Positions 1-10,434 are shown, counted from the stretch's first letter. The stretch is 64,000 nt of DNA from Candidatus Bathyarchaeota archaeon (GCA_963815095.1 CAWFFH010000003.1:800001-864000); one strand, 5' to 3'. The notes: generated by a model not told the origin, from the sequence alone. Made by a program: numbers and translations.

Positions 1-151
1 TTTGGGTAGGTTGACGATTTGTTCCTGCATCTTTTTTGATCGGCTTACAGATCAAAGCGTCTTTTTTAGAACTTGAAGCTTATTTTGCTAATTTAAGAAA
101 GCAATATATTTAATCCAACATTAGGAATCTACCATAGAAAGGCCGTCTCAA

Positions 152-1531
152 ATGAAAATAACGCTAGTTAATCCGCCCTATCCGCAAAGCGTCCATTCAC
201 ACCCTCCCTTCATTCCACTGGGCATAGCTTATTTGGGCGCAGTGGCGGAGAAAGCAGGGCACCAAGTCACAGTTATCGACTGTCAAGCTGAGAAATTAAC
301 TTATGAAACTTTCCGCGAGCGAATTACACAAACTCCTTCTGACTTAATTGGCTTAACAGCTACAACGTTGCTCTACAAGTCAGCCATGAAACTAATTACC
401 TTAGCTAAGCAGACTCAGCCGCAGGCTGTTACGGTGCTTGGGGGGTCGCATGGAACTTTCTGGGACGAAAACGCCCTCAAAGAATACCCGAGTTTAGATA
501 TAGTTGTAAGACGTGAAGGCGAAGAAACCTTCATAGAACTTCTCAATAAACTCCAAACTCACTCAAGCCTCAGCAACGTGTTAGGCATCACATATCGAAA
601 CGGCGACACAATTGTCCAAAATCCAGATAGACCCTTCATTGAAGACTTAGATGCATTACCTTTCCCTGCCCATCACCTATTGCCACTTGAAAGCCTAAAG
701 CATAACGGCAAAATAATTTTCCCTTTAGTTAGCAGCCGCGGATGTGTCTATTGGTGTGACTTCTGCAGCACCGTCCGCATGTTCGGCAGAGGATACCGCA
801 TGCGCAGCCCAAAAAACGTCGTAGACGAAATGCAACTTGTCCACGACAAATACGGAATCGACCAAGTTACCTTTTATGATGACGCTTTTAGCGTTGACCG
901 CAACCGAGTGGTAAAGATTTGTCAAGAACTAAAAGATAGAAAACTGCAAATGAAGTGGGATTGCGGCACCCGCGTCGACATGGTTGACCGGGAACTAATG
1001 AAAACGATGCGTGATGCAGGCTGCTTCGCGGTTTGGTTGGGTGTAGAGTCTGGTTCAGAAGTAATGCTTGGCGCCATGAACAAACGCATCAAACTGAATC
1101 AGACAAGACTGGCATATAAGACAGCTCATGAGTTAGGGCTGATGACTATTGCCAACGTCGTTTTGGGCTTTCCAGGAGAAACAGAACAGACTGCTCGAGA
1201 AACAATACGTTTTGTTAAAGAACTAAACCCTGACGACGTGGGTTTCTACATTGCCACGCCCTATCCTGGAACACCAATGTATGAATTGGTAAAAAAGAAT
1301 GGTTGGCTAAGAGTCACGGATTTTGACAAGTATGACACTGCGGGTCCAACTTTTGAGACCCCCTCTTTAAGTATGGAGAAATTAGTTGAACTTCGTTACA
1401 AAGCTTACCAAGATTTCTATCTGCGCCCACGCTACGTGTTTAAGATGATGCGTAAAGGCAATGTCTATGGAATTGCTGCGGTGAAAACTTCAGGCGCTTA
1501 CCTTCTCAGGTACTTGCACATTAAGCCCTGA
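152..1531 (+). CDS. Cobalamin-binding (class B-like) radical SAM protein
   Basis: N-terminal B12-binding Rossmann domain (PLGIAYLGA...VLGGSHGT), radical SAM motif SRGCVYWCDFC, GVESGS and ATPYPGT motifs. Confidence 0.9.
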   Translation: MKITLVNPPYPQSVHSHPPFIPLGIAYLGAVAEKAGHQVTVIDCQAEKLTYETFRERITQTPSDLIGLTATTLLYKSAMKLITLAKQTQPQAVTVLGGSHGTFWDENALKEYPSLDIVVRREGEETFIELLNKLQTHSSLSNVLGITYRNGDTIVQNPDRPFIEDLDALPFPAHHLLPLESLKHNGKIIFPLVSSRGCVYWCDFCSTVRMFGRGYRMRSPKNVVDEMQLVHDKYGIDQVTFYDDAFSVDRNRVVKICQELKDRKLQMKWDCGTRVDMVDRELMKTMRDAGCFAVWLGVESGSEVMLGAMNKRIKLNQTRLAYKTAHELGLMTIANVVLGFPGETEQTARETIRFVKELNPDDVGFYIATPYPGTPMYELVKKNGWLRVTDFDKYDTAGPTFETPSLSMEKLVELRYKAYQDFYLRPRYVFKMMRKGNVYGIAAVKTSGAYLLRYLHIKP

Positions 1532-1891
1532 AAACTCTCTACTTTTCAAAACTAATGCGATTACTGCAAGAACTAAAACTAAAGTGCTAAGGGAAACGGT
1601 TATTGAAGTAAAAGTAATCCCGATTGGTGATAAACCCAAAAATAAGCCAATTAACCCTGTTAAACCAAAACTTAACGCGACCGATAGAACTAATTGTTCG
1701 ACAAAATCTATTTTATTTTTTCCTAAGAATAGAATGTTTACTAAACAATATCCAGGAAGAAAAGCAATAAAAATAAACCCTAAAACATAACGCAAACCAA
1801 CAATCAATGAATCACTTGGGACAAAATAAGTAACCAGTAGCGTTAAAACCGTGAACCCGACGATAATTTCAAACCATCTAAGCGGTTTCAG
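1490..1891 (-). CDS. DUF1616-like small membrane protein
   Basis: FLPGY...LVLSVALSF motif and hydrophobic helices. The frame is open 28 codons upstream of the track start (1807) to a CTG at 1891 preceded by GAGGT. Confidence 0.7.
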   Translation of the reverse strand: MKPLRWFEIIVGFTVLTLLVTYFVPSDSLIVGLRYVLGFIFIAFLPGYCLVNILFLGKNKIDFVEQLVLSVALSFGLTGLIGLFLGLSPIGITFTSITVSLSTLVLVLAVIALVLKSREFSGLNVQVPEKVSA

Positions 1892-1906
1892 ATTTTAACC
1901 TCAAAA

Positions 1907-1928
1907 ATTTAAAAAAAAATAAAAAATA
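1907..1928 (-). terminator. Oligo-T terminator-like tract downstream of the mtrH-like gene
   Basis: Long A runs on + (T runs on -) just after the stop of 1942..2853. Confidence 0.5.
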
Positions 1929-1941
1929 AGGGAAGAATTTT

Positions 1942-2853
1942 TTACATGAACATCTTGTAGATTGGATGAGACTCTTCGAGGGGTCTTGTTCCAAGGTCAC
2001 CGGCTGCTGAAGCTATGTATGTGTCAGTGACTGCGACTGCTGGAAATACCCATTCCGCTTGTTCTGCTGGACCAATCATTAGCCAGTTTGCGCCTGCCAT
2101 TTGCATAATTGAGTTTGTAGAGGTTCTGCAGCCTGGACGGAATTCTTTAGCGACATTTGCTTTTACCCAACCCATGGTTGTGACAACGTTTCCGCTGCCT
2201 AAGCCTACAGGGTGACCATACTTCTCTTTCATGACAGGTATAGTTCTGACGGCTGTGCCCATGTCTGGTTCGAAAGCTGGGATAGCTGTGTCGATAAGAG
2301 GTTTTGTGATTCCGCCTTTCTCTGCTAATGCGAGCGCTTCAACAATGACTTTCATTTTGCCTTCCATTGTTGTATCTTTTGGATCATCAGCAAGCACTAT
2401 GGACATTTTAATCCCGCTTTCTTTGAGGTTTGCAAGTTCAGCATCGGTTACGCCTTTGTAAACAGAGTTGTAGAGGCATCTGTCTGAAAGACCCATCTTT
2501 TTTGCTAAGGTTGCTGCTCCCATACGGGTCTTTGGACTCATTGCATCTAGCATGAGTGGTGCATCAGTGTGTTTCGGTACGAAGTCAATATATTTTTCGA
2601 ATGCGGCTTCTGTTGTTCCGACAATGTCAAGAGCAAATTTGACACCGGTTATGTCGCTTTGGGTTTGGCATGTGTTAATGATTTGTTCAGCTGCTTTAGC
2701 ATCAAAAATTCCTTTGTTTGCATCGGTAACCATTTTTTGGCCTAGCCAAAAGATGGAGCCGATCAGAAAAGTTGGATTTTCTCCAGGTTGACCGCCTATT
2801 TTTGCTCCAGCAAGGTCATATATTTTTTGTTCGGTATTGAACTTAAAGGACAT
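1942..2853 (-). CDS. mtrH: MtrH/MtxH-family methyl-H4MPT(H4F):corrinoid methyltransferase
   Basis: IGGQPGENPTFLIGSIFW...KGIFD N-terminus, LYNSV, PLIDTA, G.PVG.G.GN motifs typical of MtrH. Confidence 0.9.
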   Translation of the reverse strand: MSFKFNTEQKIYDLAGAKIGGQPGENPTFLIGSIFWLGQKMVTDANKGIFDAKAAEQIINTCQTQSDITGVKFALDIVGTTEAAFEKYIDFVPKHTDAPLMLDAMSPKTRMGAATLAKKMGLSDRCLYNSVYKGVTDAELANLKESGIKMSIVLADDPKDTTMEGKMKVIVEALALAEKGGITKPLIDTAIPAFEPDMGTAVRTIPVMKEKYGHPVGLGSGNVVTTMGWVKANVAKEFRPGCRTSTNSIMQMAGANWLMIGPAEQAEWVFPAVAVTDTYIASAAGDLGTRPLEESHPIYKMFM

Positions 2854-2870
2854 TGTTCCACATCGGACGA

Positions 2871-3296
2871 TTATTTCTTCAATGCTTTCTTTGCAAGTTC
2901 TGGAGCTTCTTCTTTGTTCTTGCCGAAGAGTGCCCCGATTGCGTCTGCGTCTTCTTTTTTGACTGCTGCGCCGCCCATGATTATGCCGACTTTGTCTTTG
3001 AGACCTGCTGCTTTGAGAAGTTCGTCGAGTTTTGCAACGTTGTTCTTTGCTGGGACTGTATTAACGGAAACTGCAATCAAGTTTGCATTATTTTCTTTTA
3101 CTTTGTCAATGAAGACTTGTGGTGCAACGCTTTTTCCAACGTCGATGGTTTTGAATCCAGCACGTTTCAGTGATCGTCTAACTGCTTCTTTTGCTGTGTC
3201 GTGCATGTCTGGTTCGATGTTACCGATAACGACTATGCCGATTGGATTTTCTGGTTCTGGTGGTTCTTTTTCCATCATAGATTTAAGCCAAGACAT
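2871..3296 (-). CDS. Stand-alone corrinoid (B12-binding) protein
   Basis: DMHDTAK (variant of DxHxxG), GF.TIDVG, SV and MGGAA motifs; no N-terminal cap domain; 17 bp upstream of mtrH. Confidence 0.85.
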   Translation of the reverse strand: MSWLKSMMEKEPPEPENPIGIVVIGNIEPDMHDTAKEAVRRSLKRAGFKTIDVGKSVAPQVFIDKVKENNANLIAVSVNTVPAKNNVAKLDELLKAAGLKDKVGIIMGGAAVKKEDADAIGALFGKNKEEAPELAKKALKK

Positions 3297-3401
3297 TTAA
3301 ACACCTTTTTTCCTTTTGATACTCTGGGCTTTTTATACTCGAAATCCATATTTAACCTTTTACCAACAATTCAAACGTAAGTATATCAAGTGGGAAAGTA
3401 A

Positions 3402-5741
3402 ATGCTCAAAGCAAACAGAACATATGTCTTATTGCTGTTAATCTTTACTTTCTCATTCGTTTATCGCTTGCTTATGATGTTTTGGAGTAATTATCCATCT
3501 GGTGCCGACATTGGTCTGCATAACAGTGTAATTTCCTCTATTACAGGGTCAGGGTACACCAATTTTATGAATAATTTCTATCAGATGGGTGGAGGCATTT
3601 CGCTAACTTTTCCGGGATATCACATCTTTGCTTCAACCATAATCTTGATGACGGGAATGACTGGGTACATTGCGCAGGCAGTCATAGTGGCTTTGTTCTC
3701 ATCACTTATTGTTTTATGCGCATTTTTAATAACCAGGAATATTTGGACGGAGTCAGCCGCTTTTATTGTTGCCTTTTTAGTGGCTATCTCACGCTTTGAT
3801 ATAGAAATGCTCCTTTGGGGAGGTTACCCCAACGTAATAACGCTTCTTTTGATTCCTTTAACTTTTTATTTGTACCTACAAAAAGACCGATTTTCTTTGA
3901 CGCCTTTTCTGGTTTCGACATCTATTTTGGCCGGCTCCATATTCCTAACTCACTCGTTGAGCGCAGGCATTTTCGTCGGTGTTGCATTCCTCACTTTGCT
4001 TTTTGTTCTCGTTTCTCCCAAAACCTTCAGTACTTCAAGAAAAACTGTACTCTATTGGCTTTCTCCGATGATTATAGGAGGCGTCCTTGTTTTACCCTTC
4101 TTAGCGCAGGCTGTACCCACATATTTGCATGATAACTCTTCAGCCCCTGGCGTTCAAGGGGTCGGCGACATAACGTCTGCAATATTATCAACAAGAATCC
4201 TTCCGTTAGAAATGGTTTTGCCGCTCTTTCTAATAATATTAGCCTTCGCATTGTTCTCCAAAAAGTACAATGGACGATTTTTAAGTATTCCAACATTCCT
4301 TCTTTCTATGTGGCTGTTTGTTCCCTTATTTTTAACGCAAGGTTATCTGTTCGGATTTATCATCGATTATAATAGATTTCTATACTTTATTATTTTACCA
4401 GCAATAATTTTCATTGCTGTCCTAATAGACCACGCTTCAGAGTTCTTCACAAAAATAATCAGCACTTTCCGAGCTTTGACAAACCAAATGCAAAAAACAA
4501 AAAAAATAACTAACACCAAAATTGCGTGGCTCTCGGCACATTTGACAAGTAAGGCTCTTTATGGAGTCTTTGTTTTGTTTTTCTTGCTATTCTCCTTTAT
4601 TGCACTACCCATCTTTATGGCTCCCTCGCAGAATGTTGGCGAGACAATCCAAAGTTATTACCAAGTCATGAACAACCCAGGTTGGGAAGCGATTCAGTGG
4701 GCAAAGCAGAACACGCCTACAAACTCAGTGTTTGTTTCAGATGCACTCTATGGATGGTGGCTTGGTGGTTTCGCACAGAGACCAACGTTGAGTGCTGTTG
4801 ATCCACAGTACATAACGAGTGCCCGAGAGGTAGCACCAGCAAAGAACGCCACCTACCTGCTTGATACGGATTACTTGGTTGATAATGGTTTAGTTCAGGT
4901 TCGCGAGGATGGCGGTTATGTTGCTCGCCATAATCCTGAAATTTTGGCAGACCTCAATTGGACTTATTTTCCATATTCCTTTTTCACCTTTGATAGCAGC
5001 AGAACTGAAATCAGCTACAAAGTTGGGCAAGGAAACTTTTCGTCGTCTCTGGCTGATCTTGCGATGAAAGAAATGCATTTAGAGAATTATACTGATCATA
5101 AGACCATTGTAGTAAGCAGAGGTAACGACTTTTTCAATTATACTCAGTTTACAACTGTGTATGATCAATCAGCTTTTGTTAATTTGACTTCGACAATTGA
5201 AACCACTATTCCCGGTGTTTCTTTGGAGTCGGTTGAAATTAAAATTCAAAGTAAAGGCACACAAGTTACATTCGATGATGGACGCACATTAGCCTTCATC
5301 GACCAAGGTGTAAAAGTGTTAGGTCAATTAATCTTTGACCAAAATCAGAGAAATACCGTAGTCTGGAATGACGAAAACCCAGTACTAATAGAGTTAAAGT
5401 ACGATCTTCAGAATAGTTCTAATGGCCAAATTCAACTTATGGCAAGCGCAACCTCAGTATCTGATTCGCTGCAGTATTACGGAAACCAAGCTACCATAAA
5501 CCATTACTTCAAGCCTCTCATAGCTGGAAACCTAACATCTATTCAACTGTCTACGCCTATAGAGTTTAAAGAATGTTTTGATTATCGATTGGAATTGCAA
5601 AGAAACAATGTATCATATATTGCGTGCAGAAATGCTGAGTTAGATGTGAAATTTAGGGGAGACCCTGCGTTTAGCTTGGTATTTATTAACAGTGAAGTTG
5701 CAATCTTTAAGGTAAATGGGAACCTCAATCAAAACGGGTGA
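3402..5741 (+). CDS. Multi-pass GT-C-fold (polyprenyl-phosphate-sugar dependent) glycosyltransferase-like protein with C-terminal extracellular domain
   Basis: About 12 TM segments, GADIGLH first loop, THSL motif, W.KQNTP.NSVFVSD soluble domain. Confidence 0.65.
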   Translation: MLKANRTYVLLLLIFTFSFVYRLLMMFWSNYPSGADIGLHNSVISSITGSGYTNFMNNFYQMGGGISLTFPGYHIFASTIILMTGMTGYIAQAVIVALFSSLIVLCAFLITRNIWTESAAFIVAFLVAISRFDIEMLLWGGYPNVITLLLIPLTFYLYLQKDRFSLTPFLVSTSILAGSIFLTHSLSAGIFVGVAFLTLLFVLVSPKTFSTSRKTVLYWLSPMIIGGVLVLPFLAQAVPTYLHDNSSAPGVQGVGDITSAILSTRILPLEMVLPLFLIILAFALFSKKYNGRFLSIPTFLLSMWLFVPLFLTQGYLFGFIIDYNRFLYFIILPAIIFIAVLIDHASEFFTKIISTFRALTNQMQKTKKITNTKIAWLSAHLTSKALYGVFVLFFLLFSFIALPIFMAPSQNVGETIQSYYQVMNNPGWEAIQWAKQNTPTNSVFVSDALYGWWLGGFAQRPTLSAVDPQYITSAREVAPAKNATYLLDTDYLVDNGLVQVREDGGYVARHNPEILADLNWTYFPYSFFTFDSSRTEISYKVGQGNFSSSLADLAMKEMHLENYTDHKTIVVSRGNDFFNYTQFTTVYDQSAFVNLTSTIETTIPGVSLESVEIKIQSKGTQVTFDDGRTLAFIDQGVKVLGQLIFDQNQRNTVVWNDENPVLIELKYDLQNSSNGQIQLMASATSVSDSLQYYGNQATINHYFKPLIAGNLTSIQLSTPIEFKECFDYRLELQRNNVSYIACRNAELDVKFRGDPAFSLVFINSEVAIFKVNGNLNQNG

Positions 5742-5765
5742 GTTACCTTCTTCGCCTTAAGTGCT

Positions 5766-8048
5766 ATGAGTAAAGAGAAAAAAATCGAAATCACCTTCAT
5801 CACCATCTTTTCAGTGCTTATCTTTGCCATCTTCTTCACACTTATATCAATGAACGGGGTGGTTTTGGGAAATGACCCTGCGGTTCACTTAGAAAAAGCA
5901 CAAATTTTCCTCAATACAGGCAAAATTCCACTAGCAAATTTGGGTTGGACTCCGCCTCTCTACGAGATTGTGCTTGCAATGTTCATTTCTCTCACTGGAG
6001 CAACTGACATTGGGCAACTAATATTTCTAGTTAAAGTTTTGGCAGCTATAATTGATTGGCTCCTATTCCTCTCAGTTTATCTGATTGCTAGTAAATTTTT
6101 CAGCAAAAAAGTTGGAGTTGTAGCCTCTGTTTTGCTTTTGATGTGTTTTCCAATTTACGAAGTTAACCAGTTCGGCGGATACACCACCGTTTTAGCTTTG
6201 GTGTTCATGCTCTTAGTATTTCTCTACACGCCCCTAGCCGTAGAACGTTTTGGGTATTTGGTGGTTACTTTTTTTGTCGCTTTTGGGGTTGTTTTGTCCC
6301 ATCAACTTGCTGCTTTTCTTGCAATTTTCATAATGCCGCCTATCCTAATTTTTATGTTAATAAAATCCAAGGGTGCCTATCTAAAAGTTGTAATGGCGTT
6401 GATTTTGGGCGGAGGAATAGCGTTCTTTCTATACTATTTCCAAGCAATGATCGGTTACCTTGATATAGTCATCGAATACGTGTTTTTCGCTGTAAAAGCT
6501 TATGCATACCAGATTCCAGCGGTCAGCTTTTATTCTTTTATGGTTAATTTTGGCTTCGTATTTTTCTTAGCGTTAACCGGTATTTTTGTTTCATATTATT
6601 TGTTAAAGAAGCAAAAGAAGATCATTTTTTTTGTAACCTTAATGCTTAGTTTCTTTGTTCCGCTCTTCTTTGCTGAATCATACCTTTTTGGTTTTTACAT
6701 GCCGTTTGGCTGGTTTATCTATTATCTGACACCCTTGATAGCCGTTTTAGGAGCTGTACCCACTGTATTCTTAGCTGATAAATTCGTATCTTTTTACATC
6801 AAAAACAAATCAATGTTTAGAAAAAACTGGTTAAGAATAGCCACGGTCTCCATAATTATTCTTTTGTCGTTCATGTTTGTTGCACGTTCTGATATAGTAT
6901 ATGGAAAAATCAATGAAGCCAGCGTTTATTATTCAACTACAGACGTAAAAGCTTTAGATGCAGGAGTTTGGCTTAAAACAAACTACCCTGAAAATAGCAC
7001 CGTTGTGGCTACTGAGATTCCGGGTTTTTGGTTCCAAGAGTTTTCAGGCAAAAACGTGATTGCACAAACAGATCCTACAGTACAGAGAAATGAAATTGCC
7101 GAGTCAGTTTTGAGTTTATCTTATGAAATAGAGCATTCGCAAAGTCTCATTAGAGCTTACCAAGCTAAAGGCGATATCTCTGATGAAACCTACATTTCTA
7201 TTGATCAGGTTTGGAACAGGATTTCTCATTCTTCAGAAACCGGCGACTCCCTCTCGTACACAGTAAACGGCACTAACTACCAGTTCAAACTTGCCGACTT
7301 AAACAAACAAATAGTGTTTGATGAGCAACATTCACCTAAGGAAATAGAGTTCATCTACTCTAACGAACATGTTGCATTAACCGAGGCAGTTGTTGTTGAA
7401 AACACGAGTTACCCGCTTAATATTTCGTGGAGCTTGACACCTTTAAAGAGCGAACTATTCAATGCAACACTTTATTTAAGCACGTTTTTTGACCTAAAAT
7501 ACGACTTTGACAAGGCCCAAATTCCTCAGTTGCTTGATTGGGTAAACCCATGGGATGCACTTGCAGCCATAAGAACTGTTGAAGGAAAAACCTGGGCAGT
7601 TGCTAGCTTTACAAATACAACTTTGAAGGATAACTACATTGGCCTTTATGATGACAAAAATGATATCGCTTTTGCGTTTAAATTTAATGATTTACCTGAT
7701 TGGGGAAACATTGGGGCTCTTGCAAATAGGCAAATTGACGCAGTCAGGTTCCAGTACCAATTCAACGACTTAAGCATAAACCAGACAGCGTCGCGTTCAT
7801 ATCAGATGCTAACAATGTCTAAAAACAGTTTCCCAACGTTGCAACCCGATACATTGCAGGGATTGTTTGACTTTAAACCTGGTGAATTCACGGTTGCCAC
7901 GAGATATTACATGGACTACATAAATGGTAACAATATAGGCTTCATCGTTTACGATCGAAACCACCTAGATACCCAAATACTCAACAGCAAAATCCTGCAG
8001 CTTATTTACTCAAATGACCGATATGACATCTTCAAAATTATGAAATAA
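5766..8048 (+). CDS. GT-C-fold glycosyltransferase-like protein, paralog of upstream gene
   Basis: GNDPAVH loop, WTPPLY, SHQL, WLKTNYPENSTVV; same architecture as 3402..5741. Confidence 0.65.
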   Translation: MSKEKKIEITFITIFSVLIFAIFFTLISMNGVVLGNDPAVHLEKAQIFLNTGKIPLANLGWTPPLYEIVLAMFISLTGATDIGQLIFLVKVLAAIIDWLLFLSVYLIASKFFSKKVGVVASVLLLMCFPIYEVNQFGGYTTVLALVFMLLVFLYTPLAVERFGYLVVTFFVAFGVVLSHQLAAFLAIFIMPPILIFMLIKSKGAYLKVVMALILGGGIAFFLYYFQAMIGYLDIVIEYVFFAVKAYAYQIPAVSFYSFMVNFGFVFFLALTGIFVSYYLLKKQKKIIFFVTLMLSFFVPLFFAESYLFGFYMPFGWFIYYLTPLIAVLGAVPTVFLADKFVSFYIKNKSMFRKNWLRIATVSIIILLSFMFVARSDIVYGKINEASVYYSTTDVKALDAGVWLKTNYPENSTVVATEIPGFWFQEFSGKNVIAQTDPTVQRNEIAESVLSLSYEIEHSQSLIRAYQAKGDISDETYISIDQVWNRISHSSETGDSLSYTVNGTNYQFKLADLNKQIVFDEQHSPKEIEFIYSNEHVALTEAVVVENTSYPLNISWSLTPLKSELFNATLYLSTFFDLKYDFDKAQIPQLLDWVNPWDALAAIRTVEGKTWAVASFTNTTLKDNYIGLYDDKNDIAFAFKFNDLPDWGNIGALANRQIDAVRFQYQFNDLSINQTASRSYQMLTMSKNSFPTLQPDTLQGLFDFKPGEFTVATRYYMDYINGNNIGFIVYDRNHLDTQILNSKILQLIYSNDRYDIFKIMK

Positions 8049-8279
8049 CGATTTTTGGAGCATTTATAGATGCCATTTATACTTTTTGCCGGCGTTAACC
8101 ATGAAATTATTGTGTTTTTAGCAACCCGCCATCAAAATAAATGCTCTGAATTTTTTAATCACAGGATTTTTCTGCGGGCTGTTTTGAAGCTAAATGGATA
8201 GATGCTTGAGCAGATTTGTGGTTTAATTGGTTGTTACAAATTATTTGGTTTTCGAAGGCGTTTAAAAAATTAAGTAGAT

Positions 8280-8414
8280 TTAACGCCTAAATGCAAGCAT
8301 GTGTCCCTTGTGTGCAACCATCCTGTGATCACGAAGCTCGTCAGGAGTCTGAAAAGTTGAGGAACATATTCGGCATTTAAATTTTTCTTGGATAAGCTTT
8401 TCGTAAGTATACAT
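8280..8414 (-). CDS. 44-aa single C2H2 zinc-finger protein (below ORF-track cutoff)
   Basis: My translation: MYTYEKLIQEKFKCRICSSTFQTPDELRDHRMVAHKGHMLAFRR, matching F-x-C-x2-C-x3-F-x5-L-x2-H-x4-H. Confidence 0.8.
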   Translation of the reverse strand: MYTYEKLIQEKFKCRICSSTFQTPDELRDHRMVAHKGHMLAFRR

Positions 8415-9090
8415 CTAACATTAGCCTTCTCACTTGTTTTCTTGCAAAAAATGAGTCTTTTACAAGTTCACTAAATAATAGATGTTCGCAGACTTATAAA
8501 GGAATTAGGATTTCTAAACAAAACAATGGACAAAGCCAATCATTCTCGTTTGAAATATATTATTTTTTATCGGCACCCTAAATAGTTACGATGTACTGTA
8601 ATAGCACAAATCCTGCTGGAAAGCCAAGGAGGGACTAGACGCTTGAATAAAAAGACCAAACTTAAAGGCAAAGGAGCAAAATATTACCAAAACACTCACG
8701 GCAAAGTTTACAGAGTTAAACCAAACCCTAAAGCAAATAAACGAAAGTTGCTGCAAAAACGCCAGAGAAAAATAGATGCCCAACTTAAGGCAGCTGCTTA
8801 ATTTTTCTTAACAATTTATCAACTTTTCTTATTATCCCCCCAATTAGTATCGAAGCGATTTTTTCTTAATTCTTTCTGGTAAACTTGCTTAGTAACTGAT
8901 TCTTCTGAGGCGTGAAAAAAACAAAATATTCATTCAAACCCACTTCATTGCGTTATCGGGTAGGGAAAGGCTTTGAGTTGACCTCACAAAAACTTTTCAA
9001 GCGAACAGAATGCAAAGGCTGTATGTATAAATCAAATTCGTATTGTCAGAGTCAATATTTCTTTAATTTTTGGCTAAAATCAAAGTATGA

Positions 9091-9333
9091 TTATGTTGTT
9101 CCGTTAGGGTGTTTTTGCATCCAGTCCTCAGCGCATGTGTCGGCTTTAGCTTTAGTGGCATACTCGGGCGAGATTATTTTGCCTTCATCTTTATCGGTTT
9201 GTCCACACTCGAACAATTGTACATGGTAATTTTGGCTATAATCTTTTTTCAAAACCATCAATGTCTGCCCTGATGTATCGTTTAGGTAGCCGCACTCGTG
9301 GCTAAGTCTTTTCCAACCCTTAATTAGCTTCAT
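9091..9333 (-). CDS. Hypothetical protein (80 aa)
   Basis: ATG start with upstream AAGGA, protein-like composition, C-terminal W-M-x-K-H-P-x-G. Confidence 0.6.
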   Translation of the reverse strand: MKLIKGWKRLSHECGYLNDTSGQTLMVLKKDYSQNYHVQLFECGQTDKDEGKIISPEYATKAKADTCAEDWMQKHPNGTT

Positions 9334-9464
9334 TTTTTATCCTTCAATATTTTTGTGCATGTCAACTTTCTGGAAAATCGTCTTTGTGCACAATCAATAG
9401 AACTAGGAATCCTTCAACTTAAGGTTATCATGCAAAAAATAAAACTAAAAAGAAGAAAAGGAAA

Positions 9465-10367
9465 CTATTTGTATAGTTTTTCCCATCGGGTGAAGAGGTC
9501 TAAGACTTCGTCGCCGCCGTGACCCTTAAGGAACTCACGTGTTTCTTTGTCAGCAACTGCGTTCTTCTGGAACTCTTGAATCCACTGGGCTTTTTCTGCC
9601 AAGAATATGATTCCGTCTACGCCTTGTCTTGCAACACGTGTAGCAACAGTCATAATTTGCTTTGTTGGTGCAACGGTATCCCATGTTTCATTTGGACCCC
9701 GGACATAGAAGTTTACGAAGACGGGTTTCTTTAGAATGCTCTTGAAACCTCTTGCGATGGTTTCCCAGTACCAGGGGGTCGGGTAAGCCTTGCTGAACAT
9801 TGGGATAACGAAGTAATCCGCGTATTGTGCCATGGCTTCAAAGTCATAGCCGAAGCGTTCTCTGCCCATTAATGGATCAGGGAGAAGGTTGACAAAGAGT
9901 GGTTTGCCGGAGACTACTTCTTTAACTTCAGCTAAGAAGTCAGTTACTACTTTTGCCCGCCAATCAAGCCATTTTAAGCCGCTTTTTCGTTGTTGTTCGA
10001 TGCATCTCGGGCAGGTGCAGAAATGCTGGTCTGCAAAGTGTTGGCTGCTGATGCTTATGCCTGGTGTGACTTTGGCGGATTCAGCGATGATTTTTAGATT
10101 ATATTCTCTTGCTTCTGGGTTAGTCATACATACGACGTCCCAGCGGAGGTTGTAGCGTTTATTGGTGCGGAGCGCTGGACCCCATGAGCTTACAGAGTTC
10201 CAGTCTGGACGCTTCGCCGCCATAAAGTTGTCACCGAAGCATGCGATGTTAGTATACATTTCCGGGTTGGGGTTTCCAACAATTCCTGATTCTGATTTTA
10301 ATCGGTAGAAGTTGTAATCGACGCCTTCAACAGGCTCGGGTTGATAGAGAAATACGCCGAATTTCAA
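9465..10367 (-). CDS. Uncharacterised TIM-barrel-like (GHL10/GH42-like) protein with HF.DQ..CxCxxC motif
   Basis: Probable TTG start at 10367 by alignment to paralog 11765..12661; VVCMTNP, HFADQHFCTCPRC, W..WR, ERFG.DF, DYF..P. Confidence 0.75.
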   Translation of the reverse strand: MKFGVFLYQPEPVEGVDYNFYRLKSESGIVGNPNPEMYTNIACFGDNFMAAKRPDWNSVSSWGPALRTNKRYNLRWDVVCMTNPEAREYNLKIIAESAKVTPGISISSQHFADQHFCTCPRCIEQQRKSGLKWLDWRAKVVTDFLAEVKEVVSGKPLFVNLLPDPLMGRERFGYDFEAMAQYADYFVIPMFSKAYPTPWYWETIARGFKSILKKPVFVNFYVRGPNETWDTVAPTKQIMTVATRVARQGVDGIIFLAEKAQWIQEFQKNAVADKETREFLKGHGGDEVLDLFTRWEKLYK

Positions 10368-10434
10368 GTTAATACACCATTTTTTCTGTTGTTTTATTAC
10401 GGAATAAAAGTGCAAGTTATTTAAGTCTTTTCAG

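Noticed and set aside
152-1531. Specific assignment as GDGT ring synthase or lipid methylase
   Set aside because: Only family-level motifs are visible; a specific call needs phylogeny.
8586-9229. ORFs 8586..8783 (-) and 8912..9229 (+)
   Set aside because: No motifs or clear RBS, AT-rich low-complexity sequence; the latter overlaps the more credible 9091..9333 gene.
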